A stretch of DNA of 64,000 nt from Eledone cirrhosa (lineage: Eukaryota). Positions 1 through 14,027 of this stretch are shown in pieces (position 1 is the first letter of the stretch; the number at the start of each line of letters is the position of its first letter). The notes under the pieces are model-generated. The model ran no database searches and was not told where the DNA came from. It saw nothing but the letters and a program-made list of their open reading frames with translations. The translations under genes and the position numbers were made by a program. The stretch covers positions 249,860,001 through 249,924,000 of the forward strand of contig OZ024742.1 in the NCBI GenBank assembly GCA_964016885.1. The letters are read 5' to 3'.

Positions 1-351
1 ATAGAACAAACAACCAATCAGTAACATGTAAATAAACAAATAAATAAACAAATATAAACACACACAGACACCCGGATGTAACACATGCGCAAACTAATCA
101 CACAACACACACAAAAACAGGATGGCGTAGGACAGAACAAAGGAGAGGCACAAAAACAAAGAAAAGAAAAGAATCCCCAGTCACTAAAGAGGTCACAGAA
201 TGTGTGACGAAAGAACTTTGACAATATATGAACAATCGTCTGGTTGTGGAACCAACCAACCAAAGGAATTTTATAAATTTAATTTATAATAAATTGAAGT
301 GAAAGTAACTGGTGCGTGTGTTTCTTATTGGCAACATGACCCTCCCAAAGC

Positions 352-448
<97 letters not shown>

Positions 449-561
449 TCGTGTACAGATATTTTTGCATACTCAATAACAAAATATATACAAACGTATT
501 TATTTCACGCGGCTCCATAAGGATGAATATATATCAAATATATAAGAACCATAGAGCAGAT

Positions 562-589
562 CCCGAGCAACGCCGGGCTATTCTGCTAG
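562..589 (+). mobile_element. Helitron-type 3' terminus
   Basis: GC hairpin CCCGAGCAACGCCGGG followed 8 nt later by CTAG|T, the canonical Helitron 3' end; closely related hairpins at 18639 and 19687 on -. Confidence 0.55.
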
Positions 590-1411
590 TATACACTATA
601 TGAACTTTATATACAGGGGAAAGCAAAAGACGATTCATTTTGGAATTAGTGTCGTAGCAGCTTATTTTGTCCAGAGGAGCTGACTGAAACAAAGTGATAC
701 AAGACGCCTTTCTCATGTCTAATGTTTAAAGAATCAAACAGTGAGACAAACATTCTAACCCATAAACCATATTTCAAGATGGAGTAACACCCCCACCCCA
801 CGCCATCTTAGTACTTCTACTCTTCTCAGCCTTGGTGAGATAGTTCTTACTCTCATTTTTTTTCTTTTCCGGAGAGTTTTACCAGCAGCTGTCTGGGGTA
901 GCCATGGATAAAAGATGGACCCTAATTACGTCAACTTGTTCGTTGGCTATGTTCATGATCTCCATCCAGTACCCTGATCACGACCTTAGAGCTAAACGGT
1001 CGTTAGATCGACGATTTCATCTATAGGATTGCTCAAGTAATAAAACTACATAACCTTGTTTTCTCCAACTCCGTCTTGGTTGCTGGTCAACTCTTGGAGT
1101 CGGACCAGGTACTCCAAGTCTGCCAGGCACGGTACCTTCAACATTTCGAACATATACAGCTATATATAGGAACTTTGAAAGCAGGAGTATCAGAAGTATC
1201 TGTAGCATGACGTCTGAAAAACAGATCTTTTCGAGGGCTGAACGCAATTATCACGAGGCATTGGTGAAAGGTGGCTTCACAAAAAAATTAAAAAATAATA
1301 ATATACACGGAAAATACTTCGCCTACCCAAAATTGAAACCTTGACCTTATGACCATAATTCTGAAACACTAACTACTATGCCTCATGCATTTACTACAGA
1401 GAGTAAATAAT

Positions 1412-1582
1412 TGTTTCTACTGTTTGGCACAAGGCCAGCAATTATTCCAGTGTATTACTGGTACTTTATTTTGTCGACCCCGTGAGGATGAAAGGCAAAG
1501 TTAACTCAGACCGTAAAGGACCGTAACTTTATGCTGCAAAGGATGGTGTCCGACTCTACCGATACTGCCAATCCACCGCCCC
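1412..1582 (-). mobile_element. tRNA-derived SINE (main family of the window) with 16-bp TSD
   Basis: Head GGGCGGTGGATTGGCAGTATCGGTAGAG, body TTTGCCTTTCATCC...GTCGA..AAATAAAGTACCAG, tail CCTTGTGCC...AGAAACA; direct repeat ACAGAGAGTAAATAAT at 1396-1411 and 1583-1598. Confidence 0.85.
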
Positions 1583-2544
1583 ACAGAGAGTAAATAATAA
1601 TAACAACAACAATAAAAATCACTAAAATAACAAGCACTATCTTCACATTAACCTATCGCAAAAACAAAAACATGATTAAAATAAGAAACCTTGTTCGTGC
1701 GATATAAAATGTCAGGATAATAAATGTAGCAGTGTTCCGTAATGTACTTCTGTTCCATAGGTAAGTAGGTCAATAGAGAATTGGTATTGGGCTATAGAAA
1801 TACCAATTGGTACTTGGCTATAGAAATACCAAAGAAGGAAGGTATGTCTTTATAAAGATGAAAGTCTTGCCGAATAATGCGAAGAATGAGAAAGATTTCG
1901 ATATATTTGTATTTGAGATGTACTAATGAGAAGAAAGAAAGAGATAGATGAAAAGAAAGAGGAAGAGATAGAGAAAGATTGGTTGAAAGTGTGAGAGATT
2001 GAAATATAAAGAGAGAGTGGTGTAGAGGAAGACAGCGAGATAGGGGGGGGGGGAGATATTTAGAAAGACAGAGAGAAATAGAGGCCGAGAGAGAGGGGGA
2101 GAGAAATAGAGGGAGGGACATGGGGGCGGGGGGATAAACATGGAAGCAGAGAGGGATTTATGACAATAAGTGGACATTCTATGTTAAGCAAACAGAGAAC
2201 AACTAATCCAGCACATTAGTCACGTGAGTGCAGTACTAACAAATGGTTTCAAGTTGAAACAAGGTAACAAGTAGTGGAAAGACTGTGCATGTGTGTGTGT
2301 GTATGTGTGTTTATGTATATGAGTGCGTATATATATCTGCGCGTGTCTGTGTATGTGTGTAATACAGAGAAATACCTTCGGTAAATGGAACCCAATTAGA
2401 ACTTCAAAGAACAACACACGTCGGTGTGTTTATAGTCCTATATACATGTGTGTGCGTGTATACACATATATATATATATATGCATATATCAGTTTGTGTG
2501 TGTATATATATGTATATGTATACACATGTATATATACACATATA

Positions 2545-2605
<61 letters not shown>

Positions 2606-2769
2606 GTATATATCAGTTTGTGTGTGTATATGTGACAATGCGCATATGTGTGTGTATAGGTGTGTGTGTTTATGTGTCTATAGGTAGGTGTGGGGTTAAT
2701 AATAATGCCTGTGCGTACTTGTGTGTAACTAAGACTACGTAGCAGGCTTATATATAAATATATAATATA

Positions 2770-2814
<45 letters not shown>

Positions 2815-2827
2815 TATAAAGAGATAA

Positions 2828-2877
<50 letters not shown>

Positions 2878-2949
2878 GTGTGTATGTATATACATATATG
2901 TCTCTCTCTCTCTCCCTCTCTCTCTCTCTCTCTTTATATATATATATAT

Positions 2950-3074
2950 ATATGAATAAAGTTAGTCCTTCATCAGTGATCTTCCAACCATCATTGGTAT
3001 TTCATCGCTTTAAAGACAATGAAATACCAATGATGGTTGGAAGATCACTGACGAAGGACTAACTTTATTCATAT
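2950..3074. repeat. Near-perfect palindrome abutting (TA)n
   Basis: ~60-bp arms centred on CTTT|AAAG at 3011/3012; arms contain CTGAYGA but no downstream GAAAC. Confidence 0.85.
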
Positions 3075-3119
3075 GTAACCCAATGGCAACCACGCAGCAC
3101 GTTTATTCTCATATTTACT

Positions 3120-3192
<73 letters not shown>

Positions 3193-3394
3193 GGGGGGAG
3201 ATCTGTGTGAGCGTATGCTAGTGTGTACACATATATGCATGATCTTACTTATATATGTATTTGTGTGTCCACAGATATATGCATGCGTATGTATAATATT
3301 GTCTATCACATTATTTGTGCGGAAATGTGGAGATATGTATGGAGAGTCATCATGAGCCTGCATAACTGTATTTCCAACTCCACTCAACCTAATG

Positions 3395-3437
<43 letters not shown>

Positions 3438-3440
3438 CAC

Positions 3441-3474
<34 letters not shown>

Positions 3475-3642
3475 TTGTCTGTCTATGCGTGTGTGTATAT
3501 GCACACATACACTCACACACACATATATATGTATGTATATATATATATATATGTGCGTGTGTGTGTGTTTGCGTGTGCATATACACACACATATAGACAG
3601 ACAAACACTGTCACAGATACACACGCAAATATGATTTATATA

Positions 3643-3712
<70 letters not shown>

Positions 3713-4792
3713 TATATATGAGAATGTGAGCATTCAAAGCGCATATGCATACGTATACGTGTAACTTATCTGTATCAAGATGCAGCTAGTAAAGTACGAA
3801 TAACGTAATTCCCACGGGGTGTATTAGCGTATATGAGAAGCAATGTATATATACATATATACATAGATATATATATGTGTGTGCGTGTGTGTGTGTTTGT
3901 GTATATTTATATATATATTTATAACATATATATAGAATATGTGGTGCTCAGTCCGGAGAGACGACTAATCAAGGGAGTACTCAATGTATGGCGAGGTGCA
4001 TGTGTATTCTGCAACACATTTCAAGGGCGTAGTAATATTTGTAGAATATCTAAAAATAGGTCACTAGTCTTGGTAGTGATTTAGTCGAATTTATCATCGC
4101 AGTAAAGTAAACTGCATGAATCTAGTAAGTGAGGTGTTGGTAGTGGGGGGGGGGGGGCAGAGAATAGATCTGGACAGGGAACGGATTAAGAGAAGGTGGT
4201 AGTGTGGGTGGTTGGTCGTAGGGATGGTTTAGTGTGTATGAGTGGAGTAGGAGCAGAAGAGGTATCATGGTCTTAGAAATAAGGGTGTTGGGGTGACAGC
4301 TAAGAATATACCCGTCACCTCTACGGGTAAGAATAGGCAGGTTTTAGAGTTTGAAGGAGTATATTTAAGAAAATAATGAATTTAAAAGTGGGTTATATTG
4401 ATGTAAATGAACAAATGGTTTTGTAAATTAGTAAATAGCTGAGTGAATAAGGTAAAATACGATACAATAAGAGCAAATAAAATTTAAGGGTTGAAAAATA
4501 GAAATGCATGAACAAATAAGTCGATTATTTCTTTAAAGAAAAGGTTGTGTTGAGGTAAAATATGGAGAGTAAATAAATGAGTTGATGGATTTATGAGTGG
4601 GTAAATTATGTGAATTACATATACTAGGTGGATAGATGAGTAGTGAAAGTATGTACACACAAGCACAAGCACTTTTATACATGCATACATACATACCCAT
4701 GTGTACACATATACATACATACATACACACATACTTGCACATTCATATACTTGCGTATATGCATATACGCATAGTCATGTACCAACACATAC

Positions 4793-4843
<51 letters not shown>

Positions 4844-4845
4844 TA

Positions 4846-5265
4846 CTAGCCGAATTACCCGCACCTTGCTGCGTTTCACACATTTTTTTTGTAAGAAAAG
4901 GATTGATTTTAAATCAGTGGTATAATTTATGGAGAAAAACTCTGCATTTCAATATTACTCCAATGTAAAATGTAATTCATGAAAAATTGGAAAACTATAT
5001 TTTGTAATACATCAAATCAAAATTACATAATTAATTTTTTTTTAAATATCAATTCAAAACTTTTGTGAACAGGCATCATATTGTCATTTACCTATGGTTT
5101 AAATTTCATATAAATCGAAGGGAAAATATTTTCAGCGAGGTTTTCAACGGGGGTTTTGTGCCACCGGAGAACCCTTTGATTAACTATCTCCAAAACCATA
5201 GGGGTAGTTCCTGAACAAACAAACAAACAAACAGACAGATATACAATCTTATATATATATAAAGT
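4846..5265 (-). mobile_element. Non-autonomous Helitron-like element
   Basis: Minus strand ends in a CGCAGCAAGGTGCGG hairpin + CTAG|T at 4846; (TA)-rich 5' end followed by (CTGT/TTGT)n near 5220-5265. Confidence 0.45.
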
Positions 5266-5601
5266 TGTATTCCTGTCTGTTTGTTTGTTATATGCACACC
5301 CATACATAGTCTCACATTCATAAAAACAGGTCCTTGCATGTCCATATGGAGAGAGCAGGTGTGGTAAAATTGTCAGCACGCACGTGCTTATGTGTCTCCT
5401 ACATGACCACTTTACAGTGTGGACTGGGTACTTTTTGTTGTGTCATCGACAGTGGACGGAAATGGGAGGATGGGGTAGGGTGTGGGGGTGGGGTGTATAT
5501 TGGGTTAAGAGGTACCTACTGACTGTAGCTTTGTATGCAAGGGAAGGTGGGTCTTCTGTACAATCGCATCGCGACAAAGATCTCGATCCAGTGTCATTGT
5601 C

Positions 5602-5900
5602 TTAAGAGAGGTGTAAGTGAGCAAGGACAGTTTTTATCACCTCGTCCCAGGTTTTTCTTGTTCTACCCACTCCGTAGCTTCCATCAATTTTCATTGCCCT
5701 GCACATTTTTATACAGCTGTCGTCCTTCATATGCATCACATGTCCATACCAACTCAATCTCCTCTCTAGAACACAGCATCTGATACCTCTTATGCTTAGT
5801 CTCTCTCTCAATTCGTTTATACTTTGCCGTTCACGTACATCACTATTACACATCCATCGGAGCATGCAAGTTTCATTTCTTTCAGGTCTCATTACCGTAT
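5602..5900 (-). pseudogene. RTE-clade LINE 3' ORF fragment
   Basis: MLRWMCN...RERLSI...RRLSWYGHV...GRTRKTW motifs typical of the RTE RT C-terminus. Confidence 0.7.
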
Positions 5901-5942
5901 ATCACCGTTCGTATACAAGCATCATACAATCTGCCTTTCACT

Positions 5943-6067
5943 TTGGTATGGAAATGAGGGTAGAAGTGGTGAAAATAGTGAATTCAAAATTGACAAGTAT
6001 TCCCACTGCATTGTTAGTGTAATTGAATTCACTATTTTCACCACTTCAACCCTCATTTCCATACCAA
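5943..6067. repeat. Inverted repeat (~43-bp arms, short spacer)
   Basis: TTGGTATGGAAATGAGGG...GAATTCAA and its reverse complement. Confidence 0.8.
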
Positions 6068-6201
6068 TATACATGTTTATATATACCTTGTTTTTCTCGT
6101 ATATACTTTTTCTCATATATATTTCCTCTCTCATTTAGCATCTATGTAATTCATGTCAAAAAAGGTATTCACTAATTGTTTGCCTAATTACTACGTTTCA
6201 T

Positions 6202-6550
6202 ACTTTAAATTTATCTTCCGTTCTACTGTACAGTACTATCGTTTAATATATGGATAATATATCTGTAATATGCAATATTGATCGCCTTTTCAAATTTCTT
6301 ACTATAATTTACACATCTACTATTTAGTTTCTTTTTTTTTTTTTTCTCTTAATTTCAATCGAGATTTTAACTTTAAATTTATCTTCCGTTCTACTGTACA
6401 GTACTATCGTTTAATATATGGATAATATATCTGTAATATGCAATATTGATCGCCTTTTCAAATTTCTTACTATAATTTACACATCTACTATTTAGTTTTT
6501 TTTTTGTTTTTTTTTCTCTTAATTTCAATCGAGATTTTAACTTTAAATTT
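6202..6550. repeat. Tandem duplication, ~168-bp unit x2
   Basis: ACTTTAAATTTATCTTCCGTTCTACTG starts at 6202 and at 6370; the units are nearly identical. Confidence 0.9.
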
Positions 6551-7204
6551 CTAATTTTCAATCTTAATTTCCACTGTGATACCATAATATCTAGACCTTA
6601 CAATTAATTTTATATTCTCTTCGCAGGAGATGGTCAATTCTATTGTCCAACCATAATTTAGGAGTAGTATCGAAACCTATTGAAACTTATACCATACCAC
6701 TACCACTAGTTTTCGGTTCGCTACCACTGGAAGAGCGACTAGTAGTAAACTATAACCGTGTCATATTACCGGCCTGGATGGGGGTGATTGTTTGTTGGGG
6801 CGGGGGACTAGTCTAGGCTAGTTTTCGTTAAGTTTTGGGGTAGTAGTTAGATGGTCAACTTCCTTCGCATTTGCGCCTGCGCAAAGCTGAGGAGGTGAAT
6901 TGGGGCTCACAAGGGAACGGGCGAAAGATTCAAGAACACGCGCTTTGCCCGTTCCCTGGTTTCAATTTGGATTGCCACGGGAACGTAACCTTATTATGTA
7001 AGAAGCTGTCTGATGATGTTATGGCCCTGGGTACACAGATTCGTGTGGCCACTCTCGTCATGGAAATATGTATCACAGCCTTATCAATAAAGTACTTCAA
7101 CATCTGAAACTACTTCGCATTTTCTTATTCTAAATCTGCTACGTCATTCCTATGTGGAAAAAGTCGGTGTAGTGCTTGAATTGAATTGCATCAATATTTA
7201 CCGT

Positions 7205-7301
<97 letters not shown>

Positions 7302-7331
7302 GATAGGTAGATAGATAGATATAGATATATA

Positions 7332-7366
<35 letters not shown>

Positions 7367-7930
7367 TTGCTTGTGTGTGGTGTGTATGCATAAATGTCTA
7401 TATGTGTATGTGGGCGTATGTTTGTGTATGTATAATGTGGATAAACTGAATCAAAATGCAATTCGAGGCATGAATATATTGAAATAAATATAAATTCATA
7501 TTTATACATTTATACCGAACCAGCTCAAGTTGCTGCCGTATCCGGCTTAATAATCGTTCAACAACACGTTTAATCACCTGGAATTTACTTAACTTTCACC
7601 TGAATTTATTCCGTAATAGATATATTCTCATGGTAAAATCATTATCTATAAAAATGCCGTAAAATTCCATGATACTACTGGTCTTCCACACTTAGTCTTA
7701 GCAATAGATTTCATAGGCTTCAGAAAAACACAGCCTAAATAAAAAAATATATATCCCGTGATTAGAATCTACGACAATGTTCAATTAACTAAATATATAG
7801 GGTTTAAATTATGCAGAAAACTTAAATACAAAAAAGAAGAACAGTTAAAAGTTATAACTAAAAATTGTTCATGTATAACACAGCGTATTTACAAAATCTA
7901 AGACAATATAGTTATTCTGTTATACTAATC

Positions 7931-10049
7931 GTACACATTTAAGGCATGAATATGTACCTGGACTTTCAAAGGAATTTACAGAACTCTATGCCACCTATAT
8001 CAGCATGTTTGAAGCATACTCCTTCTGAGAAGAAACAATTGCCCAAGGTGAGAAGGTGATGGAAAGCATTGTCCAAGAGTGAAGCAAGACCTGGAATGCT
8101 CTTATTAAATCTATGGACATGTAAAAAAAAACAGCAAGAAAGAATCGACACTTATTCACAAGCTACGTGGGGATCCTAAAGCAGCCACTCAGCACCCAAT
8201 AGTCACTGCCAACCAATTGCTAGATAATGGAAAGAGGGGAAAAAGAGGGAAGAAGATCAAACTAAACCCCAAGAAATACACTGCGAACCCTTCTTTTCCA
8301 AGACCGTTTATCATAGAAGAGCTGGAAGCAGGAATCTCTACCTTCAAACCAGGGGAGGCAATTGGACTGGATAACATCGCAACCGAACAAATCAAGCACT
8401 TCACAAAGCAAAGAGGTGGCTTCTACAGTTCTACAATGAGCTTAACAACATACAAGCTCCCCAACATCTGGAAGAAAGCTCACATTATAGCACTGTTGAA
8501 ACCTGGGAAAGGTCCATCCGCTCCTAAGAACTTTAGACCAGTCACACCTACGAGCTCTTTGAACGCCCGATCCTCGACACAATTGGCCCCTTTGTGGACA
8601 AAGACCGCATCCCGAACAAGCAGGCTTCCGCCCTGGCAAGTCGACAACTAACCAAGACCTCAACCTCACCCAGTACATCGAGGACGGATTTGAGGAAGGG
8701 ATAGTAAGTGGTGTGGTGTTTGTCGACCTCTCAGCTGCCTATGACACTGTCAACCACAGACGTCTCATTAGCAAGATCCTGGAGACCACAATAGACACTT
8801 GCCTCATGGAGTTGATTGAAAGCATGCTTGAAAACAGGCACTTCTTTGTTGAGCTAGGAGGGAAGAAAAGCAGATGGCGAAGACTGAAGATGGGCCTCCC
8901 ACAGGGAAGTGTGCTTGCACCACTTCTCTTCAAAATCTACACCAACAACCAACCAAAACGTGCAGATACCCGCCGCTTCATCTATGCAGACGATCTTGGC
9001 ATAGGTGCACAAGACAATGATTTCAAGGTTGTGGAATATAGACTCTCCAATGCTCTGGAAGAGCTAATACCTTATTGTGAAGAGAAACACCTGCGTGCAA
9101 ATCCGTCCAAGAGGCAGGTGTGTGCTTCCCACTGCGAAACCGTGAAGCCAAGCGCTAGCTGATGGTTAACTTCTCATGAACCCCACTCGAACACTGTGAG
9201 CACCCAGTCTATCTAGGTGTAACGCTGGACAGGTGTTTCTCTTTTGAGATCCACATTGAGAAGACCAAGTGCAATGTGAGTGCGAGGAATAACATCATCC
9301 GCAAGCTCACTAGCACAACCTGGGATGCAAACCTACAGACTCTGAAGTAAACTGCACTAGCTCTCTGCTACTCAGCTGCCAAGTATGCATGCCCAGGATG
9401 GGAGCAAGCAGTCTATGTCCAGAAGCTAGATCCCGCCCTCGATGATAGTTGCCACCACATCACAGGCTACCTGAAATCTACACCTACAGACCGTCTACAT
9501 ATCCTGGCAGGCATAGCTCCACCAAAGATACGACGAAGTGCAGCAATCAAGAAAGAGCGTCAACAACAGACTACCGATTAAAAACATCCTCTCTTCGGCC
9601 ATGTGCCAGCCTAAAGCTGCCTTAAATCCAGGGAAAGTTTCCTAAAGAGCGTCACACCCCTTGGAACATCAAGCATAAGTAGTGAAAGAGTCACTCGCTA
9701 GGAAGAAAAACTTAACAACAATGGAGCTAAAGGTGAGCGAGGCACTGACCCCGGAGTAGATACAAACTATGCAATGTAGAAATGCCTCAACAGATTAAGA
9801 TCTGATGTTAGTCGTGCAAAAACCAGTCTGGCAAAATGGGGATATTTAATGGATGGGGACATTGTGTGTGACTGCGACATCGAACCACAGATTACGCAGT
9901 AGTCCCTGATACACCACCTGCTAGAACACCCCTGCACAGCATTGGATTTGGCAGAGTTTAATGAGAAAAGACAGCGATATGTTCAGCTGTGGCGGAACCA
10001 CATCTAGCCAAGATTTGTAGCCGACACTGGTGGACGCGATAAGAAGAAG
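7931..10049 (+). mobile_element. Decayed 5'-truncated Ingi/Vingi-like (I group) LINE
   Basis: Frameshifted RT: FVDLSAAYDTV, GLPQGSVLAPLLF, FIYADD, ANPSK, YLGVTLD, ARNNIIRKL, LAGIAPP, C-terminal CDC; ends in (AAG)3. Multiple stops. Confidence 0.75.
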
Positions 10050-10196
10050 CTAATCATGAAAAGACGATTACTATCATAATAGCTAATAATTAAACTTTGG
10101 TCAATACTTGACATATATAGTGACTTGGTAAAATTTATTTTGGAACAATATGGCTCCTTGGATTACTTGTTTTATATCATAATATCTATTTATTTA

Positions 10197-10386
10197 AGAG
10201 GGCGGTGGATTGGCAATATCGGTAGCGCATCGGACGCCATGCTTTGACGTATTGAGTTACGGCCCTTGCCATTCTGAGTTCAAATCCCGCCGAGGTTAAC
10301 TTTGCCTTTCATCCTTACGGAGTCGATAAAATAAAGTACCAGTAATGCATTGGGTAAATGCTGGCTTTGTGCCAAAAGTAGAAATA
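10197..10386 (+). mobile_element. Full-length tRNA-derived SINE with 18-bp TSD
   Basis: A-box-like TGGCAATATCGG, B box GAGTTCAAATCC; TSD ATAATATCTATTTATTTA at 10179-10196 and 10387-10404. Confidence 0.9.
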
Positions 10387-10523
10387 ATAATATCTATTTA
10401 TTTACTTCTTTGAAAATATCTCTTTTAATCCGCTTCTCTCTCTCTCTCTCTCTCTCTTCTCTCACTCCCCCCTCCCTCTCTCTCTCTACAGTGTATGTAT
10501 ATGTATATATAAATATATATATA

Positions 10524-10577
<54 letters not shown>

Positions 10578-11543
10578 CGTATGTGTGCGTGCATGTGTAT
10601 GTATGGATACATATATATATATATATACATATTTATATGGAAAGATATATATAAATATACGCAAACATGCGCACACACGCACATTCACATAAATACATGA
10701 ATATACACGTTTGTGTGTGTATATTTATAATCCCTATAGTATATATATATATATATATATATATACATACATTTACATATATATATATGTGCACATATAC
10801 ATACATATAGCCACGAAGCTGTACGTGTACACACAGCAATATGAAGGTACATATGTATAAAATAAACGTATATAGCCAAGGCAATTGATGTTAGTTAATG
10901 TTCACCAATTTTCTTTTTTTTTTTTCTTCTTCTTCTTACCATATGGACACCAGAAACGTTCTGCTTGAGGTGATATCACTGTAATCTGTGCAAAGATCAA
11001 AAGATATTCTAAATATTTGCTTAAGGACTGCTAGCCCGCCTCCTTACACAACACCGCCACCACTAATCATGGAGAAGTGTTGCTGGCTGGCATCGTGCAC
11101 ACAGCGCAACTGTTGCTCTCGATTCCAGTATATCTATCTTTCTATATATCTAACTATTTGTCTACCTACATACTTACACACCTACCCACTCTTTTTCTCA
11201 ATGTATATATATATATATATCGATATATATAAATCATGTTTCGGAATGCTTAGGTTATATAATCTGATAGCCCTCACTATTCGAAAATATTTACTTTTAT
11301 ACGTGAAAGATTGCGTATGCATATGCACACTAAGTCATCGTAATCTTACCACCATCCGCCTAGTTTAATATAAATTGTTGCTAAAACAACATATCGGAAG
11401 GTGGTAATCCAGTAGCTATGAGTTAAATTCCGGGCTATGTTATCCTTCATTGGATACGAGTATTTCCGCATGTTCATTTTATGGAGCTGAGCTGGTAATT
11501 AAAAGACACGTAATGGAGTTTACAAACAGCAATCTATATATCT

Positions 11544-11575
<32 letters not shown>

Positions 11576-11578
<3 letters not shown>

Positions 11579-11778
11579 GGAACCAGTAAGACCCCGACAG
11601 CTGAGCTCAAGCCGTTTCGACGGCTAATTCTGGACTCAAGAAGTCCAGAATTAGCCGTCGAAACGGCTTGAGCTCAGCTGTCGGGGTCTTACTGGTTCCT
11701 ATTACCCACTCTACTACCTCAAGTATTGAGTACTTTGGTGCGTTATGGTCCACCTGGTTCCTTACCACATTTCCTTCG

Positions 11779-11780
<2 letters not shown>
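11576..11780 (+). mobile_element. Penelope-like 3' end fragment with inverted 5' arm in (TA)n
   Basis: Palindrome 11576-11702 plus unpaired extension to 11780; contains the 3' half of a hammerhead (CGAAAC-stem III-GTC); homologous to 58532-58745. Confidence 0.65.
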
Positions 11781-11818
<38 letters not shown>

Positions 11819-12186
11819 ATACTTGGGGAGGGTCATATTTGTGTAATATTGCCAGAATTAATAACAGAACACACTCACTGTTTGGTTGGTTTTCGCTTCT
11901 CGCTTCTGTGTCTTTTATATCGGTAATCTAATTTACTCGGTCCTCAATGTTGCCATTGACTGACCGACGGTCAAAAATAATACAGATACAATATAGACAC
12001 AAACACATATATATAGTTTATCATAAATCTTTCGTTGCACATCTGCAACATCGTCAGTGGTATTATTGTTTCCTCCTGTTGTATTGTATGTCTACGCCAT
12101 TTTTATTCAGTCTGTCTATATATTTATTTATCCCAAGTATAACAATATTTGTTTCGACACACGATTTCATATAAAAAACCTCGCAA

Positions 12187-12228
<42 letters not shown>

Positions 12229-12229
<1 letters not shown>

Positions 12230-12415
12230 AGTATTACCGACACATATAGAATAGAGCATTCGACGAAGTACACAAGTGGGTCTGTTTATCCCGGAGTATA
12301 TTTATAATCATGAAGTACAGGTCAACAGATTATAATTCACTTCGTTTATTCATAATCACTATTATATATATTTCAGTGATAACCGTTATGCAACAGATAT
12401 GATCTCATCAGACAG
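12229..12415 (-). mobile_element. Penelope-like terminal fragment with degenerate hammerhead
   Basis: Minus strand CTGT CTGATGA ...stem II... GAAA TATATA TA ATAG (12359-12415); ends at (TA)n; related to 13078-13279. Confidence 0.5.
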
Positions 12416-12519
12416 CTAAACGTTGAACAGAACAAAAGAGAAATGGCAGTAAAATATAAAGGAAAAATCATTTCTATTGTTTCGATTCATTGATATGCCC
12501 GGGCTGATATTTGGTGTTG

Positions 12520-12705
12520 CTCTCTCAAAGCACCGGTGACATGTGTGGTTGGTGTTTGGCTGTCCTGAAAAGTTTACGAATATGATTAAAACCCTCCATA
12601 AGGTTATGCAGGCCTATATTAATTTTAGCGGTAGTTTTTCAGAATCGTTCGTAGTGGAAAATGGAGTAAGGCAGGGTGACCTTGAAGCATCAACACTCTT
12701 TGCCA
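12520..12705 (+). pseudogene. RTE(BovB)-like RT fragment
   Basis: FGCPEKFTNMIKTLH...F.VENGVRQGD..ASTLF. Confidence 0.7.
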
Positions 12706-13077
12706 AGTCTAAATTCGCATGCAAAATTATAATTCCAATAAACAAGAATATTTTTCCTCCACATCGACAGTTGGTCAGAATCATATCAATGCTTTATTTG
12801 TTCGCTTGTTTTCTTTTAAATTAAAAGCACTTGTTGCTACAGACTTTGTTTCATTGTGTCAGAATCCGAATACAAGTTTTAATTGGATATATGGCCCACA
12901 TTAAATACAACGATATAAGGTTTCTCTTAAAAGACATGTAGTTCTCCATATATATATATAGTCATCATGTATGGAAAGACTTTGATAATATGACTGTCGG
13001 ATTGTGGCTGAGAGGTAGCGTGATCAACAGCTAGAACAACAGGGCTAAATAAATATGTATATATATATATATATATT

Positions 13078-13279
13078 GAGTATATGTTGGTTGTTTACCG
13101 ACACCTCAGTATGCAGATTGGAGCACTCGACGAAGTACGCAGGTTGGTTTGGTTACTCCGGAGTAATGTAAAATAAAATAATTAAGTCAAATATTTAAAA
13201 TTTGGCTTCGTTTATTAAAGGTGTACTGCTATATATATTTCGGTGACAGTCATCCTTGGCTGTGACCTATTCGGGCAGT
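13078..13279 (-). mobile_element. Penelope-like terminal fragment with degenerate hammerhead
   Basis: Minus strand ACTGC CCGAATA GGTCACAG...CTGTCACC GAAA TATATA TA GCAGT (13225-13279); stems largely intact, core mutated. Confidence 0.55.
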
Positions 13280-13395
13280 CCGAATTGGTGTGGTAGATAC
13301 AGGTACACATGTTGTTGAAGTGTTTTACTCCGTCAATACTCCGATATGCCCAGTTCCTGGTTGGATTGTTATTTCTCTGAGGAACTGGAATCATA

Positions 13396-13458
13396 AGTGG
13401 TGACAGTCAAGTTTGCAATTTTCAACTGTTGAAAATTGCAAACTAGACTGTCACCACT
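13396..13458. repeat. 63-bp palindrome
   Basis: AGTGGTGACAGTC...TTTCAAC T GTTGAAA...GACTGTCACCACT. Confidence 0.85.
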
Positions 13459-13674
13459 GAATATGAACCTGAAAATTGCGAAAGCATGAAAGTACTTGTT
13501 CAATTAACATTTAACATTTAATACCATACTATTTCATTATAATATCATTATAATTTTAAAGGATTATAAATAAAACGAGTAAATCAGACAAAGTTGGAAT
13601 TCCTTTTATTAATATAATCTTCTATACACAATCATACACACCCGTGTATATATATTTATATGTATGTATATATA

Positions 13675-13804
<130 letters not shown>

Positions 13805-13987
13805 GATCCCACCGACCCATCCAACAACAATAAAGACAACGACAAGATATATTTGGGAATGTAGTCACAGTAAGTAACAAAATGTAATACGAACATGGGG
13901 CAGGAATGTCTTCGATTAGGGTTGACATGGGTGGATATCATCAACAATATCAATAACTACTACTGTAAATATTACTACCACCACCAT

Positions 13988-14027
<40 letters not shown>

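Noticed and set aside
2950-3074. Hammerhead ribozyme in this palindrome
   Set aside because: CTGAYGA is present but the GAAA-stem III-UH half is missing.
10197-10300. tRNA gene
   Set aside because: The A/B boxes belong to the SINE head; no cloverleaf, and the copy is flanked by a TSD.
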